Positions 47,610 through 57,187 of a stretch of 64,000 nucleotides of DNA are shown here, one piece after another (positions within the stretch are counted from its first letter, which is position 1; each line of letters starts with the position of its first letter). Made by a program: the position numbers and the translations under genes. The stretch is from IMG/VR virus record IMGVR_UViG_3300033075_001674, positions 44,476 through 108,475 of that record; one strand, 5' to 3'. Under the pieces are notes generated by a model, which saw only the letters and a list, made by a program, of their open reading frames with translations, searched no databases and was not told the origin of the DNA. The DNA is from a virus. Taxonomy: Duplodnaviria > Caudoviricetes.

Positions 47610-50600
47610 ATGATTACCGGGAAGTTTGACCAGCGCTGGTACAGCGGCAAGGAGCAGGAGCAGCGGGTCTCCTCCCAGATCGAACGCTACGATCCCGACG
47701 AGGAGGACCAGCTCGAAGAAAGCTGGAAGCACGACTCCTTCTGGGAGCAAGAGGGCGAATCCCTGGGAAATCTGCCCAGTATACCCTCCTTCAAGATGAG
47801 CGATTTCATCACAAGGATCCTGCGCATCCCGAATAAGAAGGGCGCGTACGCTCCTTTTTCCTTTGAGGGTCGGGCTCATTTGCCAGCCATCTACGATACC
47901 CCGGCTCGCTTCATCCTTCTCTGTTGCGCCAGGCAGGTGGAGAAGTGCGTTAGCTTGCGCACGCCCATTCTCACAACGAATGGGTTGCTCCGCGCCTCGG
48001 AGATTTCCGAGGGGGATGTGGTCCTAAGCTACGACACCCGTACCTCAAAGCTCGTATGGAAGCCGGTGCTATGGAAGAGCCCTACGGTACGCAAGCCCGC
48101 TCTTCGGATAACCCTCCAAGGAGGAGCGCAGGTGGTTTGTGGGGAGGATCATCCGTTCAGGGGGTACCGTCAGTGGATACTCGCCAAGGACCTGGTGAAG
48201 GGCAGTCGGGTAGAAGTGGCGAACGAAACCCCGGAGATCCCGGGGTCTATGGAAGTACCTGTCGAAGACGTGGTTCGAGCCGGAGTGTTCGACGCGCTTC
48301 GGCTAATGGGGGTGGCTGCGCACGCTGAACCCCGGCCCTTCCTGTCGTGTACTGTCCGGCACCGTCATCAGATAGTCCCGCTTCTCGAAGACGTCCTCTA
48401 CCAGGTGGCCGAACCGTTCGAGGGAAAGTACCGGGTCCCGAAGGGCAGGTGGACTGTCTGGCTGCGGGGTAAACTCGGGGCCGTCCTCGCTGAGCGGAAA
48501 GGCAAGGGCTTTTCCAGCAACCTGAGCTGCAAGGCAGGGGTCCGCTCCGCCCGGGTGGCCGTGAAGGCGATGTGGTTGATCGCGGGCGTGCTCTCGGAGC
48601 GGGCCAACCGATCTGGTTCCCTGGAGATGCACATCGACGTCGGGAACGAGGAGGAGGCCGAGGAGGTGCGGGCGATCCACCTCATGGCCGGGATCGAGCT
48701 CAGCACAGTGAAGCACCAGCACGGCCCCGGGGGAGCGGGAGGGGTGTGGTGGCGGATGCGCCCCATCGGACGGGGGAAGCGGAAGCTGCTCTCCCTCCTG
48801 CCCAGGGAGCTGGTGAGCGACTTCCCGGAAGCCGACCCCTACTGGGAGGACGACACCCTCCCCCCGCAGTGGGCTTCGAGCATGCAGCGGGTCTACTCGG
48901 AGCGGGTCCCGGAACGGCGAGACCTGGAACACGGCTGGTACGGTAAGAAAAGACCCGGCCAGAGAGGGCGGCAGGGACGCAAGGGGTCGCGCTCCCCCTC
49001 GCTCTCCCTCTCCAGGGTCCGAGGGGAGGAGGCGATCGAGACCCTCCTGCAGGTGGAGGGCGCACACCCCGAGGAGCTGTACCTGCTCAAGCGGGAGCTG
49101 GAGGCCCCGACTCGGTGGAGCCGGGTCATGTCGGTGGAGCCCCTTGGAGAGATGGAGATGGTGGACTTCGAGGTGGAGGGGACGCACACCTTCGTCGCCA
49201 ACGGGGCCATCACCCACAACAGCACGTACCTCGGCAACCGACTGCTCGTCAGCTCGGTCGCTTACCCGGGCTACAAGAGCCTCTACGTCAGCCCGAGCTC
49301 CATCCAGACCAAGACTTTTAGCTCCGACCGTCTGCGCAACCCCATCGAGACCTCGCCCTTCCTGCAGGACTTCGCCAGGGCCGGAGGCGTGCAGAACGTG
49401 CTGGAGATGGAGTTCGGCAACTCCAGCAAGATCACGATGCGGTCTGCGTACCTAAGCGCAGACCGGTGCCGCGGTATCCCGGCGTACCTGCTCTGCATGG
49501 ACGAGTTCCAGGACCTGCTGCCAGAGCACATCCCGGTCATCGAGCCCTGTACCTCCCACGCCCCTCGGGATTACCGCGTCCACCTCTACGCCGGCACCCC
49601 GAAGAGCTTCGACAACAACATGGAGTTCTACAGGTCGGGGTTCTCCGCCGACCGGCCGATGTCGACGATGGGCGAGTGGATGGTGCCCTGCGACCACTGC
49701 GGGGTGAAGGGGCCTGGCGGTTGGAGGTTCTGGCAGAGCCTCGGGGTGAAGAACATCCAGAAGAAAGGTCTGTCCTGCTCTCAGTGCGGGGGAAGCCTGG
49801 ACCCCCAGCACGCAGACGCTCGCTGGGTACATCAACAGGCAGACGGGCGGTTCGAGAGCTACCGCATCCCGCAGCTGATGGTGCCCTGGCGCCCCTGGGA
49901 CGAGCTCTACACCGACTACATCAACTTCGATAACGCCAAGTTCCACAACGAGGTGCTCGGGCTGTCGATGGACAACCACCAGCGCCCGCTCAGCATGTCG
50001 GAGATGCGCGACTGCTGCGACCCCCGGCTGCCGATGGCGCTCAAGGACGCCTTCCTGCCCGAGAAGTGGGGTGACCACATCTTCATGGGCGTCGACTGGG
50101 GCAGCGGCACGCTGAGCTACACCGTCATGACGCTCGCTACCTACGTCGGCGGCATCTTCACGATCTTCTACATGCAGCGCTTCACGGGAAGGCTGCTGGA
50201 CGTGCAGGAGCAGATCGACCACGTGCTCCACACGCTGCGCAGGTTCAAGGTCGTCGTCTGCGGCACCGACTTCGGTTACGGGGCCCAGAACAACGACCAC
50301 CTCATCCGCTGGTACGGCCGTGACAGGATCGCGGTCTATCAGCACCTCGGACGCGTCACCAAGAAGATCGCCTTCGACCCCAGGATGCAGCGCTTCAAGG
50401 TGTTCCGCTCGGCCGTGATGGCCGACTTCATCAACATGATCAAGCGCAAGAACATCCGCTTTCCTCGCTGGGAGGACATGCGGGAGCCCTTCGCCAAGGA
50501 CTTCTGCAACATCACCTCGGAGCTGAGCGAGACGCAGCAGATGATGATCTACAGCCACCGCCCGGACCGCCCGGATGACAGCTTCCACTCCGCCCTCTAC

Positions 50601-50714
50601 TGCCTCATGGCAAGCACGCTGGTTGTGCAGCGCCCCGACATCTTCTCGCCGCTGCACAACAGCTACCGGCAGGGCCCGGTGCGAGAACTGGGGGGGCCCG
50701 TAGATCAGGGCTAA
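47610..50714 (+). CDS. terL: Terminase large subunit with intein in Walker A
   Basis: RQVEK|ST after splicing; Walker B CMDEFQD; GTPK; nuclease GVDWG and PDDSFHS. Confidence 0.9.
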   Translation: MITGKFDQRWYSGKEQEQRVSSQIERYDPDEEDQLEESWKHDSFWEQEGESLGNLPSIPSFKMSDFITRILRIPNKKGAYAPFSFEGRAHLPAIYDTPARFILLCCARQVEKCVSLRTPILTTNGLLRASEISEGDVVLSYDTRTSKLVWKPVLWKSPTVRKPALRITLQGGAQVVCGEDHPFRGYRQWILAKDLVKGSRVEVANETPEIPGSMEVPVEDVVRAGVFDALRLMGVAAHAEPRPFLSCTVRHRHQIVPLLEDVLYQVAEPFEGKYRVPKGRWTVWLRGKLGAVLAERKGKGFSSNLSCKAGVRSARVAVKAMWLIAGVLSERANRSGSLEMHIDVGNEEEAEEVRAIHLMAGIELSTVKHQHGPGGAGGVWWRMRPIGRGKRKLLSLLPRELVSDFPEADPYWEDDTLPPQWASSMQRVYSERVPERRDLEHGWYGKKRPGQRGRQGRKGSRSPSLSLSRVRGEEAIETLLQVEGAHPEELYLLKRELEAPTRWSRVMSVEPLGEMEMVDFEVEGTHTFVANGAITHNSTYLGNRLLVSSVAYPGYKSLYVSPSSIQTKTFSSDRLRNPIETSPFLQDFARAGGVQNVLEMEFGNSSKITMRSAYLSADRCRGIPAYLLCMDEFQDLLPEHIPVIEPCTSHAPRDYRVHLYAGTPKSFDNNMEFYRSGFSADRPMSTMGEWMVPCDHCGVKGPGGWRFWQSLGVKNIQKKGLSCSQCGGSLDPQHADARWVHQQADGRFESYRIPQLMVPWRPWDELYTDYINFDNAKFHNEVLGLSMDNHQRPLSMSEMRDCCDPRLPMALKDAFLPEKWGDHIFMGVDWGSGTLSYTVMTLATYVGGIFTIFYMQRFTGRLLDVQEQIDHVLHTLRRFKVVVCGTDFGYGAQNNDHLIRWYGRDRIAVYQHLGRVTKKIAFDPRMQRFKVFRSAVMADFINMIKRKNIRFPRWEDMREPFAKDFCNITSELSETQQMMIYSHRPDRPDDSFHSALYCLMASTLVVQRPDIFSPLHNSYRQGPVRELGGPVDQG
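47946..49220 (+). mobile_element. Intein (425 aa) with apparently degenerate endonuclease
   Basis: K|CV...GEDHPF...MVDFEV...THN|S. Confidence 0.9.
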
Positions 50715-50720
50715 ATCCGG

Positions 50721-50750
50721 CATGAGGGTGTTGAAAGGAACACCCTCATG
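50721..50750 (+). promoter_or_regulatory. 12-bp perfect hairpin covering RBS and start codon
   Basis: catgagggtgtt-gaaagg-aacaccctcatg; ATG 50748 is in the 3' arm. Confidence 0.55.
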
Positions 50751-51098
50751 TCCAACGCCCAAACCCTCAGCCTCTCCGCCTCCGGGGACAGCCTCACCGC
50801 TCTCCACTCGATCCTCCAATCCCAACCCTTCGGGGATTCTCAGCCACGCTTCCTCCGGTACATGGTCCCGCGGGCAGGGTCCATCGTCCTCCTCCAGGGA
50901 AGCACACAGCAAGCCCTGCCCTTCCCCCTCAGCTCGGGGGAGCAGGTTGCGGCCTTCCTCTCCGCGTGGTTCCTGGGGGCTCAAGCGCAAGAGGACCCGG
51001 AAGCCGAGGATGAGACGCAGAAGGTTACCCGGGGCTGGCAGCTGAGCTGGACCCCCCAAGTGCTCACCTTCTCCTGCGTCTGGATCGTGTCCGGGTGA
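50748..51098 (+). CDS. Hypothetical protein, paralog of 52171-52509
   Basis: LPFPL...AAFL.AW...GWQL. Confidence 0.65.
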   Translation: MSNAQTLSLSASGDSLTALHSILQSQPFGDSQPRFLRYMVPRAGSIVLLQGSTQQALPFPLSSGEQVAAFLSAWFLGAQAQEDPEAEDETQKVTRGWQLSWTPQVLTFSCVWIVSG

Positions 51099-51493
51099 GC
51101 GCGAATGAGATCCAGGAGGTGTACAGCGACATCGACCACCTCCTCAACGAACTTCGCATCGCTCGGCCACCCAGGTCCACCCTCCTCCGCGCCGAGATTC
51201 ACGATCTGCGTAAGCGGCTGGAAGGGCTAGCCTTGGACCCCGGACTTCCCCTTCCAGTGCTGGTGGTAGAGCTGCAGCACGGTCGCGGGTGGGATAACCC
51301 CGCCCTGGCGCTGTATCTCCTGGCTGACCCGCTGCTGTCCGCGTCGGTTGCGCCGTACTCCTTGCTGATCGGTCTCTCCACCAGGTGCGGGGTGACCGCC
51401 CCCGTAGGCGCCCTTATCGACCTTACGCATTACGGGCAGTGGGGCGATCTCGCGCTGGCCCTTCACCGCGCATCACAGAAAGGATCCACGTGA
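51095..51493 (+). CDS. GW.NP paralog family member
   Basis: DPGLP...GRGWDNPALALYLLADP. Confidence 0.65.
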   Translation: MSANEIQEVYSDIDHLLNELRIARPPRSTLLRAEIHDLRKRLEGLALDPGLPLPVLVVELQHGRGWDNPALALYLLADPLLSASVAPYSLLIGLSTRCGVTAPVGALIDLTHYGQWGDLALALHRASQKGST

Positions 51494-52161
51494 CAAGTAA
51501 GGCAGCTGGAACCCCTACAACCCGCCCCCAACCACTCCAGCGAGGGGGCGTGAAGAGGAGGTCAGCGGTGCCCAACCCCCTCGGACTGCCCCCGCACTCC
51601 CTCTTTCTGCGAGACCTCAACTACTCGCTGAAAGGAGGGTACAACCGCGCCTTCCGGTACAAGGACATCCCTTCCTGGGCGGCCACCTTCCCGGACCTGC
51701 AGCAAGCCTGGGTGGCCTGTCCTGACGGCCTGTGGATGTACTGGTACATCTGCAAGATCGCCTCTTCGGAGCGCCCAGGCACCCCCCTCCACCGCAAGGC
51801 TGTGCGAGCCGCCACCCTCTGCTTGCAGCTCTCCCATCGGCAGCAGGAGCTGGTGGGGGACCACGCCTCCACGCTGGAGAAGGTGCTGGTCTGGACCAGG
51901 ATGCCGAGCAAGGCCCACCTTCTCAGGGAGGCTACCGACAAGACGCCGATGTGGATGAGCACCATCTGGAGCATCCTCCACATGGCGCAGGTGCCGAAGT
52001 GGTGCCGCCCCCGAGGAGAGGGGGTCTACCTCTCCGCCAGCGCCAACCACCCGGGGGGCAACCTCCTGTTCGACAACAAGCTGCGGGAGGTGATCCGCAA
52101 GGAGTTCCCCACCATCCCCCTCCCGCCCAACCGCGATGTCCTCGGGAGACCGAGGCCGTTA
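51490..52161 (+). CDS. Hypothetical protein (223 aa if TTA is stop)
   Basis: GTGA coupling, RBS AAAGGA; W..CPDG.WM.W motif. Confidence 0.6.
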
Positions 52162-52170
52162 GGAGAACGA

Positions 52171-52509
52171 ATGCGAGACCAACAAGACCCGCTGCCGCTG
52201 TCCGCCGTCGTCGTAGGCGTCACGCGCCAGGATCTCTCCAGGGCCTGCCGCCTTGTGGCCGGCCTCCGCCCTCAAACGTACCTCTTCTACTCCGAGCACC
52301 CGGGGCTGATGCACCTGCGAGGTACGGGTGACAGCCGGCTGCCCTACCCGCTCGAAGATCCCTCTGCGATCAGCTCGTTTCTCTGGGGCTGGCTGCATTG
52401 CGGGGTGGTGTGGCCCGAACAGCCGAAGGGCACCAACTACGTCCAGCACGGTTGGAACCTTCGCTTCGATGGCGGCCCCTCCCTGGTGCTGCAGACCTTC
52501 TGGGTCTGA
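52171..52509 (+). CDS. Hypothetical protein, paralog of 50748-51098
   Basis: Own RBS AGGAG; LPYPL...SSFLWGW...GWNL. Confidence 0.6.
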   Translation: MRDQQDPLPLSAVVVGVTRQDLSRACRLVAGLRPQTYLFYSEHPGLMHLRGTGDSRLPYPLEDPSAISSFLWGWLHCGVVWPEQPKGTNYVQHGWNLRFDGGPSLVLQTFWV

Positions 52510-52523
52510 GGAGGTGAGCCCTC

Positions 52524-52558
52524 GCCCTGCCGGTTCCAGGCAGGGCTTTCTTTCTAGC
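52524..52558 (+). terminator. Intrinsic terminator
   Basis: gccctgcc/ggcagggc stem then TTTCTTTCTAGC. Confidence 0.7.
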
Positions 52559-52624
52559 CCCGCAAGGAGCTGGTCAGCGGGGAATAAGGGGGTGTGGGTC
52601 CTTCGGTCCACAAGGAGTTCGAGG

Positions 52625-53104
52625 ATGATTATCGCGTGCATCGTGCTCATCGAGGCGCCCGTTCGAGAGGACGGGGAGGTGATTCGCCACGGCGTGATGG
52701 CCACCACCCTCCGCAAGCTTGTGTCCCTCGGCTTCCGGGTCACCGGGCGAGGCGAGGAGGAGAGCGGGGCCTGGGACCAGGACAACCTCGTGATCCGCCG
52801 CGTGAGGGCCGAAGCAGACCTCACCCCAACGCAGATGGACGCGCTGGTGGCGGCGCTGTCCCTGGAGTCCAGTGGGGACGAGGTGGAGGTCCTCGGTGGA
52901 GGAGGCTTTCGCTCAGCTCCAGCCTTCTCCTTCGACGGCGTGTGCCGCTACACCGACCGGTTCGATCCGGGGGACATGGGCATTCTGGACGCCTACGTCA
53001 CGCCCTACCCCAGCTTCGAGCCTGTCAACCGATTCAACGACGAAGCCTGGGTGCGTAGGGCCTGGGCTCGTGTCACCCGCGCCGTGCTGGCGCGCTGGGG
53101 CTGA
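52625..53104 (+). CDS. Hypothetical protein
   Basis: RBS AGGAG; downstream of ATAAG motif. Confidence 0.6.
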   Translation: MIIACIVLIEAPVREDGEVIRHGVMATTLRKLVSLGFRVTGRGEEESGAWDQDNLVIRRVRAEADLTPTQMDALVAALSLESSGDEVEVLGGGGFRSAPAFSFDGVCRYTDRFDPGDMGILDAYVTPYPSFEPVNRFNDEAWVRRAWARVTRAVLARWG

Positions 53105-53131
53105 ACGCCCCGCTGAAAGAAGGAGGAGAAC

Positions 53132-53539
53132 ATGCGATTCAAGATCGTTCTAGGTGACTGGTCCAACGACGGACACGGCCGGACCTCGGCCGTCGAGGTC
53201 GAGTGCACCGCCAGCAGCATCAACCAGGTTCGCGAAGCGTTCTTCAAGGCCAAGGCCCTCCTACCGGAGACGTGCCACCCCGACGTGCTGTGCAGCGAAT
53301 ACGGGGAATCCTGCCCCCCGGATGAGGCGGTGGCGGAGGTCGAACGCCAGGGAGGCCCCCACTACGATGGCGACAGCACGATGTGGATGGCGAACCTTGC
53401 GGCGTGGTTCCTGAACGTCGGAGACCCGAGCCTCTGCTGTTCCGTGGTCGACAACCACCTGGAGTCCCTCCACTTCTACGGCTACGACGCGCAGGGCAGG
53501 CACATCGGGTCCTTCGGCTACGGGCTCTTCAGTGAGTAA
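53132..53539 (+). CDS. Hypothetical phage protein (GDWSNDGHG motif)
   Basis: Strong RBS AAGGAGGAG; ends TAA. Confidence 0.7.
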   Translation: MRFKIVLGDWSNDGHGRTSAVEVECTASSINQVREAFFKAKALLPETCHPDVLCSEYGESCPPDEAVAEVERQGGPHYDGDSTMWMANLAAWFLNVGDPSLCCSVVDNHLESLHFYGYDAQGRHIGSFGYGLFSE

Positions 53540-53572
53540 GGGGGCGTCCAGGTATCCCCTGGTTCGGAAAGC

Positions 53573-54115
53573 ATGCGTACCTACCGTATAGCCAGACGCA
53601 AACTTCCAGCGTTCGCCCCTCTTCCCGGGGAGAGGCCAGGCGCTGCCATAGCTCGCGAGGCAGCGATGCTCCAGGGCTTCCGGGAAACACTGCTCCAGGA
53701 CGATCCCTGGAACTGGAACCCGAACAACCGACAGCTCCCCAGGAAGAGAAAGAAGCACGGCTACCTGGAGGAGCGGGCGCAGAAGCTCCTGCTCAAGGAC
53801 ATCCATGACCGCTGGCGCGCCTTCTCCACCCACCCGGATGTGCCCCTCGACATCCTCCTGCGCTGCCTGCACAACGGGTGGGGTTGGTGTAACCCCTCCG
53901 TAGAGCTGCTCTTGCTGACGCACCCGCCAACGCTGGGACAGAGACTCTCCCTGGCGAGCGGGCTTTTGTTTCACGTACATAGCACCCGGGGGTACCGCTG
54001 GGAGCAGCTCTGGGATGGAATGCAGAGAGACCCCGGGCGATGGCTCCCCCGGATCTGGCCTTACGAGGAGCTGCTACGGGCCCTCTGGCCCTGGGGCGAG
54101 CCTCCCCCAACCTGA
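53573..54115 (+). CDS. GW.NP paralog family member
   Basis: HPDVP...GWGWCNPSVELLLLTHPP. Confidence 0.65.
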   Translation: MRTYRIARRKLPAFAPLPGERPGAAIAREAAMLQGFRETLLQDDPWNWNPNNRQLPRKRKKHGYLEERAQKLLLKDIHDRWRAFSTHPDVPLDILLRCLHNGWGWCNPSVELLLLTHPPTLGQRLSLASGLLFHVHSTRGYRWEQLWDGMQRDPGRWLPRIWPYEELLRALWPWGEPPPT

Positions 54116-54130
54116 TAACCAAAGGATCAC

Positions 54131-54598
54131 ATGGAAGACCCAGAATCCCCGATCGACAAGCAAATCCAGGCCATCTACGCGCGCATTCACGTGTTGCTCA
54201 CCAAGAACCCCCCAGAGCTGATGGACTCGGCGCATCAGCTCTGGGGGGAGATAGCGAAACTTGCCGACCACCCCGAGATCAGCGATAAGCAGCTACTCCA
54301 GGAGCTGCGCTGCGCCCGGGGGTGGGGGAATCCGAGGGCCCGGGAGCTGGTGCGAGCGCAGCGGGGGGTGTTTTCCGCTATCCCGCTGCTTCACGGTCTG
54401 ACGCGCTACCTCAACATCTACCCGAAGCTGGTCGCCCCCCTCACGGACTGGAGCCTCTGGGCTACCCTGCACCCCCACTGGAGCCGCTGCGCGCCACCCA
54501 GGGAGCCGCTGCGGGAGGAGCACTTCGCGGCCTACGGGAAGTGGGAGGGGGAGGCCAGGGAGATGTACGCAGAGTGGAGCAGTCTATGGAAACGATAG
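54131..54598 (+). CDS. GW.NP paralog family member
   Basis: HPEIS...ARGWGNP; RBS AAAGGA. Confidence 0.65.
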   Translation: MEDPESPIDKQIQAIYARIHVLLTKNPPELMDSAHQLWGEIAKLADHPEISDKQLLQELRCARGWGNPRARELVRAQRGVFSAIPLLHGLTRYLNIYPKLVAPLTDWSLWATLHPHWSRCAPPREPLREEHFAAYGKWEGEAREMYAEWSSLWKR

Positions 54599-55137
54599 AC
54601 ACAGCCCAGCTGCTGGAGTCCCTATACGAGACGAACCCCTTCTCTCGGGACGTGCTGATCTCCCACCCGCTCGCCACGGATCGCATGCTGTTCCACGGCA
54701 TGAGGTCAGGGATGCGGGCGGCGTGGGAGCACCCCAGCACAAGCCTCCTGTGGGTGACCTGTGCAGGCAGCACTGCTTACCTGGAGCAGCTGTGGAAGGA
54801 TCCCGCCCTTGGGATAGCCCACGGGCTGTTCGTCCAGGTGGTTTTGCTGGAAGGGTTCGACGCGGCGTATGGCACGACCATCCAGAGAGACGAGGCTGTC
54901 GGGGACGGGGTACCCGAAGAGCTCCAACCCGTCCTGGAGTGGGTTCTGCGAGGTCTGCAAGTGCTGGGTAACCCTCCTCGACAGCCTCTCGAATGTCGGG
55001 GGCATCGATGCCTCCATCACCGAGTTCAAGCGCTGGCTGGCATCCCCCACCACGTTGGCGACGTCGGTGGGCTGGAGTACCGCCCGCACGGATGTGTGGT
55101 GGCCCTCCACGCTAAAGCTCCCGGAGAAGTCCCTTAG
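54586..55137 (+). CDS. Divergent GW.NP family member; 3' part uncertain
   Basis: HPLAT...AAWEHP..SLLW; overlaps 54869-55234. Confidence 0.45.
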   Translation: METIDTAQLLESLYETNPFSRDVLISHPLATDRMLFHGMRSGMRAAWEHPSTSLLWVTCAGSTAYLEQLWKDPALGIAHGLFVQVVLLEGFDAAYGTTIQRDEAVGDGVPEELQPVLEWVLRGLQVLGNPPRQPLECRGHRCLHHRVQALAGIPHHVGDVGGLEYRPHGCVVALHAKAPGEVP

Positions 55138-55234
55138 CATCCTCGTTCTCCGGAGCAGGAACCGCTACGGGACTCTGGTGGAGACCATGCTCCCTCTCGA
55201 CGAACGTTACCCCCTCCCCTTCGAGGTCCCATGA
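54869..55234 (+). CDS. Hypothetical ORF (or frameshifted C-terminus of previous gene)
   Basis: Its stop is ATGA-coupled to the next gene. Confidence 0.4.
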   Translation: MARPSRETRLSGTGYPKSSNPSWSGFCEVCKCWVTLLDSLSNVGGIDASITEFKRWLASPTTLATSVGWSTARTDVWWPSTLKLPEKSLSILVLRSRNRYGTLVETMLPLDERYPLPFEVP

Positions 55235-55779
55235 AGCCCTACCGAACGGATGCCCTCTCCCTGGGAGCACCTCCCGCTCAGCCTCCGCCAAACGGGCGCT
55301 TCGCCTTCCTGCGTGCCTGGCGCTGCGAGCACAGGGAGGCGCTTACCTACAAACTCCCCGAGGTATCCATTCGCTGGGAGGTGCACGAGCTCTACCGGAG
55401 GCACCCTTTCTCAGAGCACCCCAAGGCGTTGGCGTTCGAGGGGGTGCGCTACGTACCCTACCGGACCCAGAACCGCTTCTTCCTGGAGACCCGCGTCTTC
55501 TGTGGAGAGTGCCTGTGCTGGGTGGACTTTTCTGCGGAGCAGGGGTTCTCTCCGGACGCTCCCGAGGTGGGCCAGGACAGAGCGCGCGTGCTGGAGGAGT
55601 GGGAGGTGATCTCCAGCAAGTCTATCGGGGGGGTCGCTCGGGTGGGCTGGCGCAGGCAGTTCGCGCGCATCTGGCTCCGCAAGGGAGTTCCTCTACCGGA
55701 GCCGACCACCCTCCTCACGTTCCACCACATCAACATCTTCGGTCGATGGAAGGCCGTCGCCACCTACCCCGCCCCCTGA
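55231..55779 (+). CDS. Hypothetical protein
   Basis: RBS GAGGT; ATGA coupling. Confidence 0.55.
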   Translation: MKPYRTDALSLGAPPAQPPPNGRFAFLRAWRCEHREALTYKLPEVSIRWEVHELYRRHPFSEHPKALAFEGVRYVPYRTQNRFFLETRVFCGECLCWVDFSAEQGFSPDAPEVGQDRARVLEEWEVISSKSIGGVARVGWRRQFARIWLRKGVPLPEPTTLLTFHHINIFGRWKAVATYPAP

Positions 55780-55802
55780 CCCAATCACCGAAAGGAAACA
55801 GC

Positions 55803-56426
55803 ATGAAGATCTACCTCGCTTCCTCGTGGAGGAACACCAAGCAGCCAGCCGTCCTCGCCGCCCTCCGTGCCGCCGGCTTCGAGGTCTACGACTTCCGCAA
55901 CCCCGGCCCCGAGAACTACGGCTTCTCCTGGACCGAGATCGACCCCGGTTGGCGCGGCTGGGACACCGCCACCTTCCGGGAGGCGCTGAATCACCCTGCT
56001 GCCGAGCGCGGCTTCTCCCTGGACATGGAGGCCCTCAAGGCATGTGACGTCTGCGTCCTGCTCCACAGGTGCGGAACCTCCTCGCACCTGGAGCTCGGCT
56101 ACGCCAAGGGCGCCGGGAAGAAGACCGTCGTGATCTGGGAGGACGGCCTGGAGCCGGAGCTGATGGTCAAGATGGCAGACGCCATCGTGGCGGACGTGGA
56201 GGAGTGCATCGCGTACCTCTCCCGCAACGAAGGCAAGCCCTGCAGGGCGTGTGCGCACTGCGGGCTGGACCCCGACGAGCCCTACTGCGTGCACCCTCGG
56301 GGTGGGATCTATGTCAACGCTCTGTCGGGCCCCAAGTCCCCCACGCGCAAGGAGGGCTTCTGCGGGCCGCTGCGGCTGTACTTCGAGCAGCACCCCGCCA
56401 GGGACTCGGAGGGGAACATCCTCTGA
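55803..56426 (+). CDS. Nucleoside 2-deoxyribosyltransferase-like protein with Cys-rich tail
   Basis: KIYLAS; DMEAL..CD; SHLELGYA.G.GK; RBS AAAGGA. Confidence 0.8.
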   Translation: MKIYLASSWRNTKQPAVLAALRAAGFEVYDFRNPGPENYGFSWTEIDPGWRGWDTATFREALNHPAAERGFSLDMEALKACDVCVLLHRCGTSSHLELGYAKGAGKKTVVIWEDGLEPELMVKMADAIVADVEECIAYLSRNEGKPCRACAHCGLDPDEPYCVHPRGGIYVNALSGPKSPTRKEGFCGPLRLYFEQHPARDSEGNIL

Positions 56427-56437
56427 AGGTGTGACGC

Positions 56438-56467
56438 CCCCCGCCCTCCCGGGGGATCTTCTTTAGC
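56438..56467 (+). terminator. Intrinsic terminator
   Basis: cccccg/cggggg stem then TCTTCTTTAGC. Confidence 0.6.
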
Positions 56468-56533
56468 CCCAAGAAGCCCACGCAGGCGGCATAAGGGCTC
56501 GCAGGGGGAGTACCCCCCTGCGGAAAGGATTTC

Positions 56534-57187
56534 ATGAGGAAGCGGTCAGACCCCTCGCCCAGGACTGCCTTGAACAGGCTCAACACCCTGTCTTCAAGCT
56601 GGACCTATGCGCAAACCGAGGCGCTTGCGAGCAGCTGCCCCGGCAAGAAGCCACGCAATCCCTACGCCAAGGCCCGTCGTATCTGGAGGAGGCTGCGCAA
56701 GATCAACAGCGTTCTGCACCGGATAGGGCGGTCCCTGCAGCTAGGTCCCCTCTCGCTGTGCACTCTGCTCGCAGAAGGATACGCCTGGCAAAACCCGCTG
56801 CTCGACCTCCACCTGTTGACGGACCCTCATCTCCGTGCGGTACCCCCGCGGCACCCCAACCCGGATTTTGAAGTAGAAATGCTACACGCTGGCTTGCGCG
56901 CAGCGATGCTCAGGAAGTTCCTCGCAGAGATCCACTCTTTTCACAACGTGCCCAGCGTCTGGCGCACCTACCTTCGGAGCCCAGCCACAGAGATGCCGCC
57001 GTCGATACGCCCGCACCTGCTCGACGAGCACGCTCACCTGGCGTGTGTTCTGCACGAAGAGCTGTGGGACATAGCTGTGCGCCTCGCTACCTTCCGGGAG
57101 GGTCCGCCTCCCTGGGAGCACCTCCACCCCTACAAGAAGAGCGGAGCGATCGTCACGCTCTGCGACCAAGGAGCTGTTGCCGTATGA
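56534..57187 (+). CDS. GW.NP paralog family member
   Basis: EGYAWQNPLLDLHLLTDP. Confidence 0.65.
   Translation: MRKRSDPSPRTALNRLNTLSSSWTYAQTEALASSCPGKKPRNPYAKARRIWRRLRKINSVLHRIGRSLQLGPLSLCTLLAEGYAWQNPLLDLHLLTDPHLRAVPPRHPNPDFEVEMLHAGLRAAMLRKFLAEIHSFHNVPSVWRTYLRSPATEMPPSIRPHLLDEHAHLACVLHEELWDIAVRLATFREGPPPWEHLHPYKKSGAIVTLCDQGAVAV

Noticed and set aside
47347-47650. Gene in the gap before terminase (47255-47629 + or 47048-47650 -)
   Set aside because: The two frames mirror each other and neither has a convincing start or motif; cannot choose.
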